Assembly: GCA_963804245.1 (NCBI GenBank)
Contig: CAWDPQ010000019.1
Location: forward strand, 70,949 to 134,948
DNA: 64,000 nucleotides
From: an uncultured Acidobacteriota bacterium
Lineage (GTDB): Bacteria > Acidobacteriota > Vicinamibacteria > Vicinamibacterales > 2-12-FULL-66-21
Reading direction: 5' to 3'
In this document: in pieces, positions 20,672 through 30,384 of the stretch
How positions within the stretch are numbered: the stretch's first letter is position 1
Layout of the letters: the number at the start of each line of letters is the position of its first letter
The notes under the pieces: generated by a model
Told to the model about the DNA's origin: nothing
What the model saw: the letters and a program-made list of their open reading frames with translations, nothing else
Database searches by the model: none
Position numbers and translations under genes: made by a program

Positions 20672-22423
20672 ACCGGCGACCTTGGGTCGCGCTGTCGTTC
20701 GGAATCGTGGCGGCCGCGCTCATGGCCTGCGGCCGCCAGCCCCTGCCTCCAGCCAGCCCCGGCAATGGCGGGCTGTCACTGCCGGACGGATTCGAGGCCG
20801 CCGTGCTCCACGACGGCGTCGGTCGTGCCCGGCACCTCGCCGTCACCGACGACGGCATCGTCTACGTCAAGCTGCGGGTCCCCAATCCGAAGGGGTTGGT
20901 CGCTCTTCGCGATACCGGTGGCGATGGCCTCGCCGACCAGGTCGAAGTGTTTGGAAACTACGACGACACCGGCGAGTACGGCACCGGCATGCGCATCCGC
21001 GACGGCTACATCTATTTCAGCACCGCCCGCGAAGTGTATCGGCAGAAGATCACGCCTCGCCAGCTCGTTCCCGACAGCTCCGTGGAGATCATTCTGAAAC
21101 ACATTCGGAAGGGCGATCGGAAGTCGTACGAGCACATCGCCAAGGCGTTGGCGTTCGACGACAAGGGGCACATGTACGTCGGGTTCGGCGCACCCGGCGA
21201 CTCGTGCCAGGAACTGAACCGCCGGCCCGGAGCGCCGGGACAGGATCCGTGTCCAGAGCTCGAGTGGCAGGGCGGCGTCTGGCAGTTCGATGCCAACCGT
21301 CCGGGACAAACGCAAGAGGACGGCCGCCGCTACGCCACCGGCATCCGCAGCATCGTCGCCATGACCTGGAATCGCCAGGTCGGTCAGCTCTATGCGCTGC
21401 AGCACGGGCGTGACGATCTCTACCGGTCGTGGTCGCAGTTCTATTCACGCTGGCAGAGTGCGATCCTGCCGTCGGAAGAATTCTTCAAGGTCACCGAGGG
21501 ATTCGATGGCGGCTGGCCCTACTACTACTACGACTGGATGCAGGGTAAGAAGCTGCTCAATCCCGAATACGGCGGCGATGGGGTGAAGGTGGGGAAGGGA
21601 GGCGATCTCGAAAAGCCGCTTGTCGGCTTTCCCGGTCACTTCGCGCCGAACGATCTTGTGTTCTACGAGGGCGATCAATTTCCGGAGCGCTACCGGCACG
21701 GTGCGTTCATCGCATTCCATGGTTCGACGATTCGCATGCCGTACTCGCAGGCGGGCTACATCGTCGCTTTCGTACCCTTTTCGGGCGGCGCGCCATCCGG
21801 CCCATGGGAAGTGTTCGCCGACGGCTTCTCCGGAGTGGATCCCATCGTCAACACCAACGATGCGGCCGGCGCGGCCGGTTGGACTGGCGCAAGGTCCGGA
21901 CGGGTCGCTTTACGTCAGCGACAGCGTCAAGGGCAAGATCTGGCGCGTGATGTACAAGGGAGATCGGGCATCGTTCGGCGCCGCCCAGCTTGCAGGTATG
22001 GAGGCACGCAAGCAGCAGCAGGCACACATACGGCAGCCGGACGCGGAGAAAGACGTCCTCGGGCGCGAGGTGACGGAAGCTGGCGCAAAGGTCTACGAGA
22101 AGTTCTGCGCCGTCTGCCACCAGCGCGACGGCAAGGGGGACACCAGCCGATTTCCACCGCTAGTCTCGACGAATTGGGTGATGGGCAACAAATCGCGACT
22201 GATCTCGCTCGTATTGAATGGACTTCAGGGCGAGATCGAGGTCGAGGGCAGGAAGTACAACGGCGTCATGCCGCCGCACACCTTTCTGACCGATGAGCAG
22301 GTTGCGGAGCTGCTCACGTTTCTCAGGCAGAATTTCGGGAATCATGCGAACACGGTCAGTGCGGTGGAGGTCGCGGAAGTTCGCGCGAAGCCCGCTGTGC
22401 CGGTCACGCCACCTGCGCGGTAA
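20665..22423 (+). pseudogene. PQQ-dependent sugar (glucose/sorbosone-type) dehydrogenase fused to a cytochrome c domain; one frame break (~21873)
   Basis: GTG 20665 overlaps the receptor stop. Lipoprotein-like signal ..FGIVAAALMAC. The propeller body is in the frame of ORF 19942-22296. After a 1-nt correction (..NDAAGA|PVGLAQGPDGSLYVSDS..) it continues in ORF 21620-22423, which carries the CAVCH haem motif. Confidence 0.75.
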
Positions 22424-22493
22424 GCCTGTTTGGCGGCGTCGGGCCTCAAATCGAGTTCAGCCACTTGCCAAAAGCTCACACAAGAATGGGTCG

Positions 22494-23270
22494 TCAGAAA
22501 TCCTCGTACGCCCCCACCGGTGTCTGCTCCATGTCGACTACGGCGCCGGTGATGAGCGCACTCTCATCAGACGCGAAATAGGCCGCGGCGTACGCAATCT
22601 CCCGCGGCTGAATCAGGCGACCGAACGGTCGCGTGGCGATGGCCTCGTCCAGCCATTCTCCGCCGTTGCGGTTCTTGCGCTGGACCTGCTCTTCGCCTTC
22701 GGTCAGCACCCATCCGGGATTGAGCTGATTGACGCGGATGCGGTACTTGTTCAAGGCGCACGCGGCGTTGCGGGTCATCGTCATCAGCCCGCCCTTGGAG
22801 ACGGCGTATGGACCGAGCTTCGGCGATCCGACGTAGGCGTTAATCGATCCGATGTTCAGAATCGATCCGCCGCCGCGCGCCTTCATCGACTTGACGGCTT
22901 CCTGCAGGCAGAGGAACGGCGCCCGCAGGTTGACGGCCATCATGCTGTCCCAGAACTCGACCGGCGCGTCCTCCAGCCGCGCGCGGGAGACGTCGCCCGC
23001 ATTGTTGACGAGGACGTCGACGCCGCCGTGGGACTCGACCGCGAACTGGACCACGCGGCGGCACGCTGTGACGTCGCGTAGATCGCCGTCAACGGCAATC
23101 GCGTCATGTCCTGCAGCGGTCAGCCGCTCGGCGACGTCACCCGCCTGCCGCGCATCGAGGCCGTGAATCACCACCTTCGCGCCCAATGCGGCAAAATGCT
23201 CCGCGATGGCCCGCCCAATGCCGGAGCTCGAGCCCGTCACGACCGCGACCTTATTTTGAAGGAACGACAC
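22494..23270 (-). CDS. SDR-family oxidoreductase
   Basis: ORF 22494-23270. TGSSSGIG, NNAG, and YAVSKGG (YxxxK). Confidence 0.85.
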   Translation of the reverse strand: MSFLQNKVAVVTGSSSGIGRAIAEHFAALGAKVVIHGLDARQAGDVAERLTAAGHDAIAVDGDLRDVTACRRVVQFAVESHGGVDVLVNNAGDVSRARLEDAPVEFWDSMMAVNLRAPFLCLQEAVKSMKARGGGSILNIGSINAYVGSPKLGPYAVSKGGLMTMTRNAACALNKYRIRVNQLNPGWVLTEGEEQVQRKNRNGGEWLDEAIATRPFGRLIQPREIAYAAAYFASDESALITGAVVDMEQTPVGAYEDF

Positions 23271-23273
23271 GAA

Positions 23274-24326
23274 TCACCGCGAAGCGTTCGGCAACAGTAC
23301 TGATTTGATCACTCGCCGATCGTGCATGGCGTCGAAGGCTTCACGCCAGTTCTGAAGCGGCGCACGCATGCCGACGATGGCTTCCGGCATGGTCAGCCCG
23401 CGGTTCAGCAGATGGATGACGCGCTCCCAGACGGGATAGTTGTGGCTGAACGATCCCTGCAGCCGGAGGTTGCGCTGGACGAGCGGGTTCATGTCCAGGG
23501 CGATCGCGTCCGGAGACCATCCCACCTTGATGACCTGCCCGTCCGGGCGCGTCAGACGAAGCGCGGTCTCGAGCGGCCGGCTGGCTCCAGTCGCATCGCA
23601 GACGAGGTCCGCACCAATCGCTGAATAGCCGCGCACCACTTCGTCCAAATCCTCCTGCTGCAGGTCGACCGTCCGCGTCGCCCCGAGGCGCCGGGCCGTT
23701 TCGAGCCGCGGGGCGTCGGCGGTGACGCCGGCCACAATCAACGGGTCGGCACCCGAAAGTGCCGCCATGCGCGCACACAACAAGCCAATCGGCCCCGGAC
23801 CCAAAACGACGACCAGATCGCCCGGGTGAATGACGGAATTGACGCACATCGATTGGTAGGCCACGGCGTGCGGCTCGCACAGGCAGGCGATGTCGAAGGG
23901 CAGCGAGTCCGGGATGCGATGGAGGCAGCGTGCCGGCACGCGAACCCACTGCGCCATCGCTCCATCGATACCGTAGCCGAAGCCTTTTCGCGAGGGACAC
24001 AGGTTGTAGCGTCCGGTTCGGCATAGCAGGCACTCGCCACAGATCTCCGCGGCGGTCTCGCTGACGACGCGGTCTCCTTCGCGGAAGCCGCGAACGCCGC
24101 GGCCGATGCGGGCGACGGTTCCGCAGAACTCGTGGCCGAGGACGACCGGAACGTTGACCGGCCACGAATGGGTTTTGTGCGCCTGGTGGACGTCCGAGCC
24201 GCAGACCGACACGGCCCCTACCTCGAGCAGGACCTCGCCTTCACCCACCGCGGGCACCGGGATTTCACGCAGTTCGACGGCCAGGGGCTCGAGCGCGTAG
24301 TGGACGACTGCGGCGTGTGTTTCCAT
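23274..24326 (-). CDS. Zn-dependent medium-chain alcohol/polyol dehydrogenase (sorbitol/threonine dehydrogenase-like)
   Basis: ORF 23274-24326. VCGSDVH, GHEFCG, structural-Zn cysteines CGECLLCRTGRYNLC, and GPGPIGLL Rossmann motif. Confidence 0.85.
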   Translation of the reverse strand: METHAAVVHYALEPLAVELREIPVPAVGEGEVLLEVGAVSVCGSDVHQAHKTHSWPVNVPVVLGHEFCGTVARIGRGVRGFREGDRVVSETAAEICGECLLCRTGRYNLCPSRKGFGYGIDGAMAQWVRVPARCLHRIPDSLPFDIACLCEPHAVAYQSMCVNSVIHPGDLVVVLGPGPIGLLCARMAALSGADPLIVAGVTADAPRLETARRLGATRTVDLQQEDLDEVVRGYSAIGADLVCDATGASRPLETALRLTRPDGQVIKVGWSPDAIALDMNPLVQRNLRLQGSFSHNYPVWERVIHLLNRGLTMPEAIVGMRAPLQNWREAFDAMHDRRVIKSVLLPNASR

Positions 24327-24329
24327 CGG

Positions 24330-25109
24330 TCAGCGAGCGTCCGCTCCGCCGCTGCCTTTCGGCGCGGACGGCCCGAGCTCGGCGATTGAGATGTTGCGGA
24401 ACTGCACGAGGCTTGGCGGGCTCGTCCAGACATCACCTTTTTTCGAGCCGTGGTGCTGCAGCGCGATCGGCCCGGCCGGCTTGATGCCCGGGAGCTCCGC
24501 GTTGTTGATGACGGTCTCGCCGTTGAGCACGACGGTCAGCCGGCTTCCGCGCATCGTGATTTCGAAGGTGTTCCACTCGCCGATGTTGCGATCGGCGTGC
24601 TTGGACGGCGTGACGCCCGCGCGCACCGCCGGCGGCATCTTCTGGTCGGTGCGGTAGCCGTAGACCTCGCCAGAACCGATCGGCCAGTTCCAGATGTTGA
24701 CCTGGGACTTGCCATCGCCGCGAAGGTAGATTCCCGAGTCGGAGTCGGGCACGGGAATGCGGATGTCGTTCCCGCTGGCGTCCTTCTTGTGAGTACCGTC
24801 GGGGCGAATGATGTAGACGTTCGGATTCGTGTAAGGCGTTTCCTTGATGCGCCAATCCACGCGCAGGATGAAATCGCCATACGACTTTTCCGACCACAGG
24901 GCCTTGTCGCCGGTCGCTTCGCTCGCGGCGTCGTAGTCGACTACGCCGTCGACGACCTTCCAGTGCCCGTTGTCGCCGGCCGGAATCTTCCAGCCGGTCA
25001 AATCCTTGCCGTTGAAGATGGAGGCGAACTTCGGCTGCTGGCCGCTCGCCACGGTGGTCAGGGCCAGAACCGCGACGGTCGTCAGGGACGTAAAGAGTTT
25101 TGCAGTCAT
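24330..25109 (-). CDS. DUF1080 (3-keto-disaccharide hydrolase-like) secreted protein
   Basis: ORF 24330-25109. Signal peptide, FNGKDLTGWK, GEWNTFEI and IALQHHG...FRNI hallmarks. It has 3-nt gaps to the two downstream dehydrogenase genes (operon). Confidence 0.85.
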   Translation of the reverse strand: MTAKLFTSLTTVAVLALTTVASGQQPKFASIFNGKDLTGWKIPAGDNGHWKVVDGVVDYDAASEATGDKALWSEKSYGDFILRVDWRIKETPYTNPNVYIIRPDGTHKKDASGNDIRIPVPDSDSGIYLRGDGKSQVNIWNWPIGSGEVYGYRTDQKMPPAVRAGVTPSKHADRNIGEWNTFEITMRGSRLTVVLNGETVINNAELPGIKPAGPIALQHHGSKKGDVWTSPPSLVQFRNISIAELGPSAPKGSGGADAR

Positions 25110-25187
25110 GATTGGACTAATTTAGGCTACGTTCTGTCGTCGGTGAACAAAAAACGACAATCCCTCCGCGGCGGAGGGGGCGGAGAT

Positions 25188-25522
25188 CACGGGACAAGCT
25201 TCAACACGGAGGCACGGGGGCACGGAGGATCGCGGCCCATTGGCGCGCCGTTCGCTTGTCAAAAGCATCAACGCATCAGAGCACGCAAAAGGCCGAGACG
25301 ACATGGGTAATTCGGGTAAACGGGGCTGGCGTGCGCCGACCTTGGTCGGCGTGGACCCTCACCGCGCGCAGCGCGGCACGCCAGCCACGCAGCCGCAACT
25401 AGCAGTCCCAGTCGTCTCTGCTCCCAGCGGTCTCCGCGTTGAAGCTTTTAGACAAGCGAAGATTGTGGGAATTGACTGGCTGCTCCGTGGCTCCGTGACT
25501 CCGTGTTAGAGCTTGTTCCGTG
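25188..25522. repeat. ~335-bp unit bounded by 41-bp imperfect inverted repeats (34/41) made of CACGGAG-type heptamers; MITE-like or a large RNA stem
   Basis: IR-L 25188-25228 is cacgggacaagcttcaacacggaggcacgggggcacggagg. The reverse complement of 25482-25522 is cacggaacaagctctaacacggagtcacggagccacggagc. The interior contains two further small hairpins (about 25334-25350 and 25362-25376). Confidence 0.65.
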
Positions 25523-25579
25523 TCCTCAGCGACCTCCGTGCCCGTGGCAGGCAAATACGCAGGAATTGGAGGTTGGAAT

Positions 25580-27301
25580 TTGATACAGCTCACCAAGCCC
25601 TCCGAGATTCACGACGTCATCGTGATCGGCTCAGGGGCCGGCGGCGGCACGGTCACGAAAGTGCTCGCCGACCTGGGCATCCGCGTGCTCCTGCTCGAAG
25701 CCGGCCCGATGCTGACCATGGCCGACCTGAAGGAGCACGTCTGGCCGCACCAGATTCCCCACCGCGGCGCTGGCGGCAAAGGGGAAATCTACACGGGCGG
25801 CCGCTCCGGCTTCACCTTCAGCGCCACGTTTGGCGGCGCGCAGATCGACGGCGAACCCTACACGGTGGCGCCGGGCAGTGACTTCTCGTGGTTCCGCTCC
25901 AGGATTCTCGGTGGCCGTACGAACCACTACGGCCGGGTCACACTCCGTTTCGCCGACTACGATTTCACACCGCGCTCTCGTGACGGGCTCGGTTGGGACT
26001 GGCCGATCACCTACCAGGACCTGTCGCCCTACTACGACAAGGCCGAACGATTCATCGGCGTCACCGGCAGCGTCGAAGGGATCCGCAGCGCCCCTGACGG
26101 CATCTTTCAGCCGCCCGGTGCGCTCAAGGCGCACGACGTTCTGGTCCAGCGCGCCTGCGCGAAGCTTGGCATCCGCGCCGTTCCGGCGCGCCAGGCGGTG
26201 ATCACCACGCCAACGAGCGGTCGCGTCCCCTGTCACTACTGTGGCCAGTGCGGACGCGGCTGCATGACGGCGTCGAACTACGCCGCGAGTTACGTGCAGA
26301 TCTTTCCGGCAGTCGAGACCGGCCGAGTGCGCGTCATCGCAAATGCGATGGCCCGCGAGTTGATCACAGGCGACGATGGCAAGGTCAACGCCGTGTCCTA
26401 CATCGACAAAACGACCGGCCGTGAGCAGCGGGTCAGCTGCCGCACGGTGGTCCTGGCGGCGAGCGCCTGCGAGTCGGCGCGGCTGCTGCTCAATTCGAAG
26501 TCGTCGCGGCATCCGCAAGGCGTCGCCAACAGCTCGGGCAAAGTCGGCCGCTACTTGATGGATACGGTTGGCTCGAGCATGTCCGCTTCAATCCCGGCTC
26601 TCTCCGGGATGCCGCATTACAACTCGGATGGCTATGGGTCGCATCTCTACGTTCCCTGGTGGAACTGGGACAACAAAGGCCTGAATTTTCCGCGCGGCTA
26701 TCACATCGAGGTTGGCGGCGGCTACGGCATGCCGGGGATCGGATCGTTCACCGGTCTCGTCAATCGCACCGAAGGATACGGTCTGAAGATGAAGCAGGCC
26801 ATCCGCGATGAATACGGCACCAGCATCGGCTTTGCCGGCCGCGGCGAGATGATTCCGAACGAGTCATCTTTCTGCGAAATCGATCCCGCCGTCGTCGACC
26901 GCTGGGGGATTCCGGTGCTGCGATTCCATTGGGCGTGGAGCGACCACGAGCTGAATCAGGTTCGTCATATGCAGGACACGTTCCGCGCCATCCTGGAGTC
27001 GCTCGGCGGGCGGATTCAGGCCGGCGGCGGCCGCGGCGGTCAACAGCCGGCGCCCGGTCGTCCGCCCATCTCACGCGGCGGGGCCATCATCCACGAAGTG
27101 GGAACGGTCCGCATGGGAAACGATCGTCAAACGAGCGTCCTGAACCGATTCTGTCAAGCGCACGATGTGAAGAACCTGTTCGTGGCGGACGGTGCACCGT
27201 TCGTCAGCAATCCCGACAAGAATCCTACTCACACGATCATCGCGCTCGCGTGGCGGACGGCCGAGTATCTGACGGAAGAACTGAGGAAAGGCAATGTCTG
27301 A
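25580..27301 (+). CDS. GMC-family FAD oxidoreductase (glycoside/gluconate 2- or 3-dehydrogenase large subunit type)
   Basis: ORF 25520-27301 with the DVIVIGSGAGGG motif. TTG 25580 has GGAGG 7 nt upstream and lies outside the inverted repeat. GTG 25520 is the upstream limit. Confidence 0.85.
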   Translation: MIQLTKPSEIHDVIVIGSGAGGGTVTKVLADLGIRVLLLEAGPMLTMADLKEHVWPHQIPHRGAGGKGEIYTGGRSGFTFSATFGGAQIDGEPYTVAPGSDFSWFRSRILGGRTNHYGRVTLRFADYDFTPRSRDGLGWDWPITYQDLSPYYDKAERFIGVTGSVEGIRSAPDGIFQPPGALKAHDVLVQRACAKLGIRAVPARQAVITTPTSGRVPCHYCGQCGRGCMTASNYAASYVQIFPAVETGRVRVIANAMARELITGDDGKVNAVSYIDKTTGREQRVSCRTVVLAASACESARLLLNSKSSRHPQGVANSSGKVGRYLMDTVGSSMSASIPALSGMPHYNSDGYGSHLYVPWWNWDNKGLNFPRGYHIEVGGGYGMPGIGSFTGLVNRTEGYGLKMKQAIRDEYGTSIGFAGRGEMIPNESSFCEIDPAVVDRWGIPVLRFHWAWSDHELNQVRHMQDTFRAILESLGGRIQAGGGRGGQQPAPGRPPISRGGAIIHEVGTVRMGNDRQTSVLNRFCQAHDVKNLFVADGAPFVSNPDKNPTHTIIALAWRTAEYLTEELRKGNV

Positions 27302-27878
27302 ATTGTCCCGGCGCGACGTCCTGCGGCGGCTGGCGGTCGTCCTCGCCGCTTCGGGTACGCTCGACCGAGTTTCCGCACGTGAAGTCCATCAGATTGCGGC
27401 CGCACCGAGCGGCCGCTACGTTCCGCGGATGCTGGACGAGCGTGAGTACCGCACGCTCGAACGTCTCACGGATCTGATCGTGCCCGTCGAGAATGGTGCT
27501 CCCGGCGCGCTTGCCGCGGGCGCGGCGGCATGGATCGACACGATTTCCAGCGAGAACGATCAGCTCAGAAGCATCTACAAGGACGGCCTCGCCTGGCTCG
27601 ATGCGGCCATCAAGCAGCGCGGCGGCACGGACTTCCTGAGCGCGACGCTGACCGATCAGGCCGCGCTGCTCGATCTCATCGCCTATCGCAGAAACCAGTC
27701 TCCCGAGTTGGCCGCCGGCATCGAGTTCTTCACGTGGGTGCGGCGCATGACGGTTGACGCTTTCTACACGAGCGAGATCGGGATACGAGACATCGACTAC
27801 CGCGGAAATTCAGGAATGACCACGTATCCGTCGCCGACGGAGGCGATCGCGTATGCGCTGAAGCGGAGTGGGCTCTGA
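27294..27878 (+). CDS. Gluconate 2-dehydrogenase subunit-3-family small subunit with twin-arginine signal
   Basis: ORF 27294-27878 starts MSELSRRDVLRRLAVVLAASG. It overlaps the GMC stop by 8 nt, the typical partner arrangement. Confidence 0.75.
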   Translation: MSELSRRDVLRRLAVVLAASGTLDRVSAREVHQIAAAPSGRYVPRMLDEREYRTLERLTDLIVPVENGAPGALAAGAAAWIDTISSENDQLRSIYKDGLAWLDAAIKQRGGTDFLSATLTDQAALLDLIAYRRNQSPELAAGIEFFTWVRRMTVDAFYTSEIGIRDIDYRGNSGMTTYPSPTEAIAYALKRSGL

Positions 27879-27888
27879 CGCTCCCCAT

Positions 27889-28519
27889 TCAGGAATCCGC
27901 AAAAAGCTCGGACGAGCTCGCGCTGAGTGCACGTCCACGCCACACGACAGGTCTGCGCCTTGTCCAGCGTCTGCTTTAGTTCCTCGCGTGGTCGAGGTGC
28001 TCCGCACGGCGGGCAGAGTCTGCGTTGCCCACTGGCGGATCTGCGGGCTTTCGCTGTCGACCTTCTTCTCGATTTCGTTCACGGCATTTTGGTGCTTGTC
28101 CGACCATCGCGCCTATGAACCTGCGGTCGAAGTCGCGTCCCGAGAGTTTCGCCAGGTCTCCTGCAGGTTGCGGTGATCGCGGCTTTCTTCGTTCGCGGTG
28201 CTGAGCTGAACGTTCGCCGCGGCCGCTGCTTCGCGAAGATCGGCGACGAGCCTTGGTGTGATCCCGGACCAACATCCGGCGCAAAGTCTTTCACCTGCGG
28301 ATTCGTCGCGCGCTCCGCGGCCATCTTGCTGAGCTCGATCTCGGCGCGGTTGCCTTCGGCCATATCCACGACGAAATCGCGGTCGACGCTCGCGCCGGTC
28401 GTGCCGACGGCGCCGCTGCCACCGGCCCTCTCGTTGGTCTCGGCGCGATTATCGCGGTTGCAGCTGACGACTGAAGCGGCGAGCAGAATGCTCAGCGCTA
28501 TCGGGGTCAAAGGTTTCAT
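27889..28519 (-). pseudogene. DUF4142-family lipoprotein; frame broken at least five times
   Basis: ATG 28519 with signal MKPLTPIALSILLAASVVSC. Family-like segments are scattered over all three minus frames: DRDFVVDMAEGNRAEIELSKMAAERATNPQVKDFA | RRMLVRDHTKA | LVADLREAAAAANVQLSTANEESRDHRNLQET | LAKLSGRDFDRRFIGAMV | DKHQNAVNEIEKKVDSESPQIRQWATQTLPAVR | EHLDHAR.. The 3' end is uncertain. Confidence 0.65.
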
Positions 28520-28582
28520 GGGTGCTCCACCTCCTGTGTTTCCGCTCGTTCCATGAAACATTGCAACATCCAGACCCGAACA

Positions 28583-29674
28583 TCACGGCCCAGCCATCCG
28601 CCTCGACGCGGCAATTGCCAGGCCCAAACCGCACACAAGCAGCGCTGAGAAGGAATAGAGCAGTGCGACCGGCTTCGCCGCAGGCACAGCGACGGGCTGG
28701 ATCCAGGCCATTCGGCCGTTGCTCTCGAGCACGCGGGCGCGGACGTAGCCCTCGTCGCCGCGAATGGCATACGTGGCGGCGGCTTCCGGCACCTCGCGCA
28801 GAATGCGCCCGCCCTTGCCGATGAACTGAATGCGATATTTCGCCCAGGCGTCGGGCTTTACCTTGACGGTCATGCCCGTCGTCTCGATGCGAAGCTCATC
28901 GAGGACGACTCCCGTCGATGCATAGAAATCGCCGCGGTCGAGGGACTCGACGAGCAGACGTGCGTCGAGTTTTGCCGCGCGCACGACGACCCACCCCCGC
29001 CCCGGACCAGAGACGTCCGGATTCCCGGGTTGCTTGAACACGTGCGCATCGTCTACGGCAACGCCATAGATGATCTTGCCGCTCGACAGGATGAAGTCCC
29101 AGGCCTCCTCGAGGCCGGAAACGCCACCGCCGCCGACGTTGTTCACCTGCGGGTGACCGTTGTAGATCTCGAAAAGCTGTGTGTTGCGCACCTGACGCAG
29201 CTCGTCGGGGGTGACACCCCAACGGAAGTTGGGATGGTTGATATGCGGGATGCCGTTCTCGGTTCGAATTGCGTCCACGTTGCGCTGCAGGACGTCCACG
29301 ACCGACTGACCACCCTGCGGTGCAACCTGACGTGAGAGATCCAATCCGTTGATGTGCAGCGGCTTCTCACCGAACCGGTCGGTGACTTCTTCTCCCCTGA
29401 CCACCAGAAACTTCTGATCCGCGCCGTGCAGCGCGTTCAGTCCGTCGACCGACGTCAGAAAATTGTGATCCGTGAGCACCAGAAACTGGTATCCATGCTC
29501 GCGATACCAGCGGACCACGTCGTCAGGAGTGCTGTCGCCGTCGCTGTTCAGCGTGTGAGTGTGAGTGTTGCCCTTGAACCAACGCAGGTCACCCGCCGCG
29601 GATTGCGCGAGCATCGCGACTGGTGAGGCCGCTGCGGCAAGGACAGATAGCAGCCAGAGAGAACGGATCCTCAC
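28583..29674 (-). CDS. PHP-domain / CehA-McbA-type metallo-phosphoesterase, secreted, with a C-terminal hydrophobic anchor
   Basis: ORF 28583-29674. Signal peptide, GNTHTHTLNSDGDSTPDDVVRWYREHGYQFLVLTDHN, HINHPNF. The tail is ..AVPAAKPVALLYSFSALLVCGLGLAIAASRR. Confidence 0.75.
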   Translation of the reverse strand: MRIRSLWLLSVLAAAASPVAMLAQSAAGDLRWFKGNTHTHTLNSDGDSTPDDVVRWYREHGYQFLVLTDHNFLTSVDGLNALHGADQKFLVVRGEEVTDRFGEKPLHINGLDLSRQVAPQGGQSVVDVLQRNVDAIRTENGIPHINHPNFRWGVTPDELRQVRNTQLFEIYNGHPQVNNVGGGGVSGLEEAWDFILSSGKIIYGVAVDDAHVFKQPGNPDVSGPGRGWVVVRAAKLDARLLVESLDRGDFYASTGVVLDELRIETTGMTVKVKPDAWAKYRIQFIGKGGRILREVPEAAATYAIRGDEGYVRARVLESNGRMAWIQPVAVPAAKPVALLYSFSALLVCGLGLAIAASRRMAGP

Positions 29675-30384
29675 AGCAGGGCTCCCGCTTCAGAGTCGAG
29701 GAAGAATGAGCAGTTCGGGTGATTACGCAGAAGAGACGCCGGCAAATGGAGACCGACTTCGCCCTTGACCGTTTCACGAGCGACGCTGGCCTTGGCCGTG
29801 CCGGTCGCCAGCAACCACACCTCCCTGGCCGCCAGAATCGGCGCGAGGCCGACGGTGATACCCCAGCGCGGAAGGTTTCCGTGGTCGAAGTACCGCGCCG
29901 ATGACTGAATCGTGGTTTCGTGCAGGTCTACGCGGCGGGTTGGACTGCCGGCGTCGGATCCCGGTTCGTTCATACCGAGATGACCGTTGAGGCCGATGCC
30001 CAGCAGAACGAGATCGAAGCGCCCAATCGCCGTGTCGTATCGGCGGCACTGTTCCTCGATGTCCGCGCCATTCGGATCGAAGCAGTGAAACCGTTCCAAC
30101 GGCAGATCGACCAGGGAGACGAGCTGCCGGCGGAGCGTGTTCCTGGTCAGTCCCGGATCATCGGATGGGAGTCCGCCGAACTCATCGAGTGCGAAGACCG
30201 ATGCCCGCGTGAACGAGACATCCCCGCGGTCAACATTTCTCGCAAGTTCCGCATACACGGCTGCGGGTGTGAGTCCTGTCGGCAAGCAGATCTTCAGCTC
30301 CGGGTTCATGCGCAGCCGATCGCGCCAGAGCGCACACACAGCGGAGACCCACGCGGGTAGCGAGTCAAACCGCAGCAGGTGCAT
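29671..30384 (-). CDS. Glucosamine-6-phosphate deaminase / 6-phosphogluconolactonase-family protein
   Basis: ORF 29671-30384. LPTGLTP, FALDEF, LLGIGLNGHLGMNEPG. Its stop overlaps the next start (GTGA). Confidence 0.75.
   Translation of the reverse strand: MHLLRFDSLPAWVSAVCALWRDRLRMNPELKICLPTGLTPAAVYAELARNVDRGDVSFTRASVFALDEFGGLPSDDPGLTRNTLRRQLVSLVDLPLERFHCFDPNGADIEEQCRRYDTAIGRFDLVLLGIGLNGHLGMNEPGSDAGSPTRRVDLHETTIQSSARYFDHGNLPRWGITVGLAPILAAREVWLLATGTAKASVARETVKGEVGLHLPASLLRNHPNCSFFLDSEAGALL

Noticed and set aside
28583-28690. C-terminal tail of the PHP-domain protein as a PEP-CTERM/exosortase sorting signal
   Set aside because: It has the TM helix plus an Arg cluster (..LLVCGLGLAIAASRR) but lacks the PEP motif (it reads VPAAKP), and no exosortase gene is in the window. 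The evidence is insufficient.
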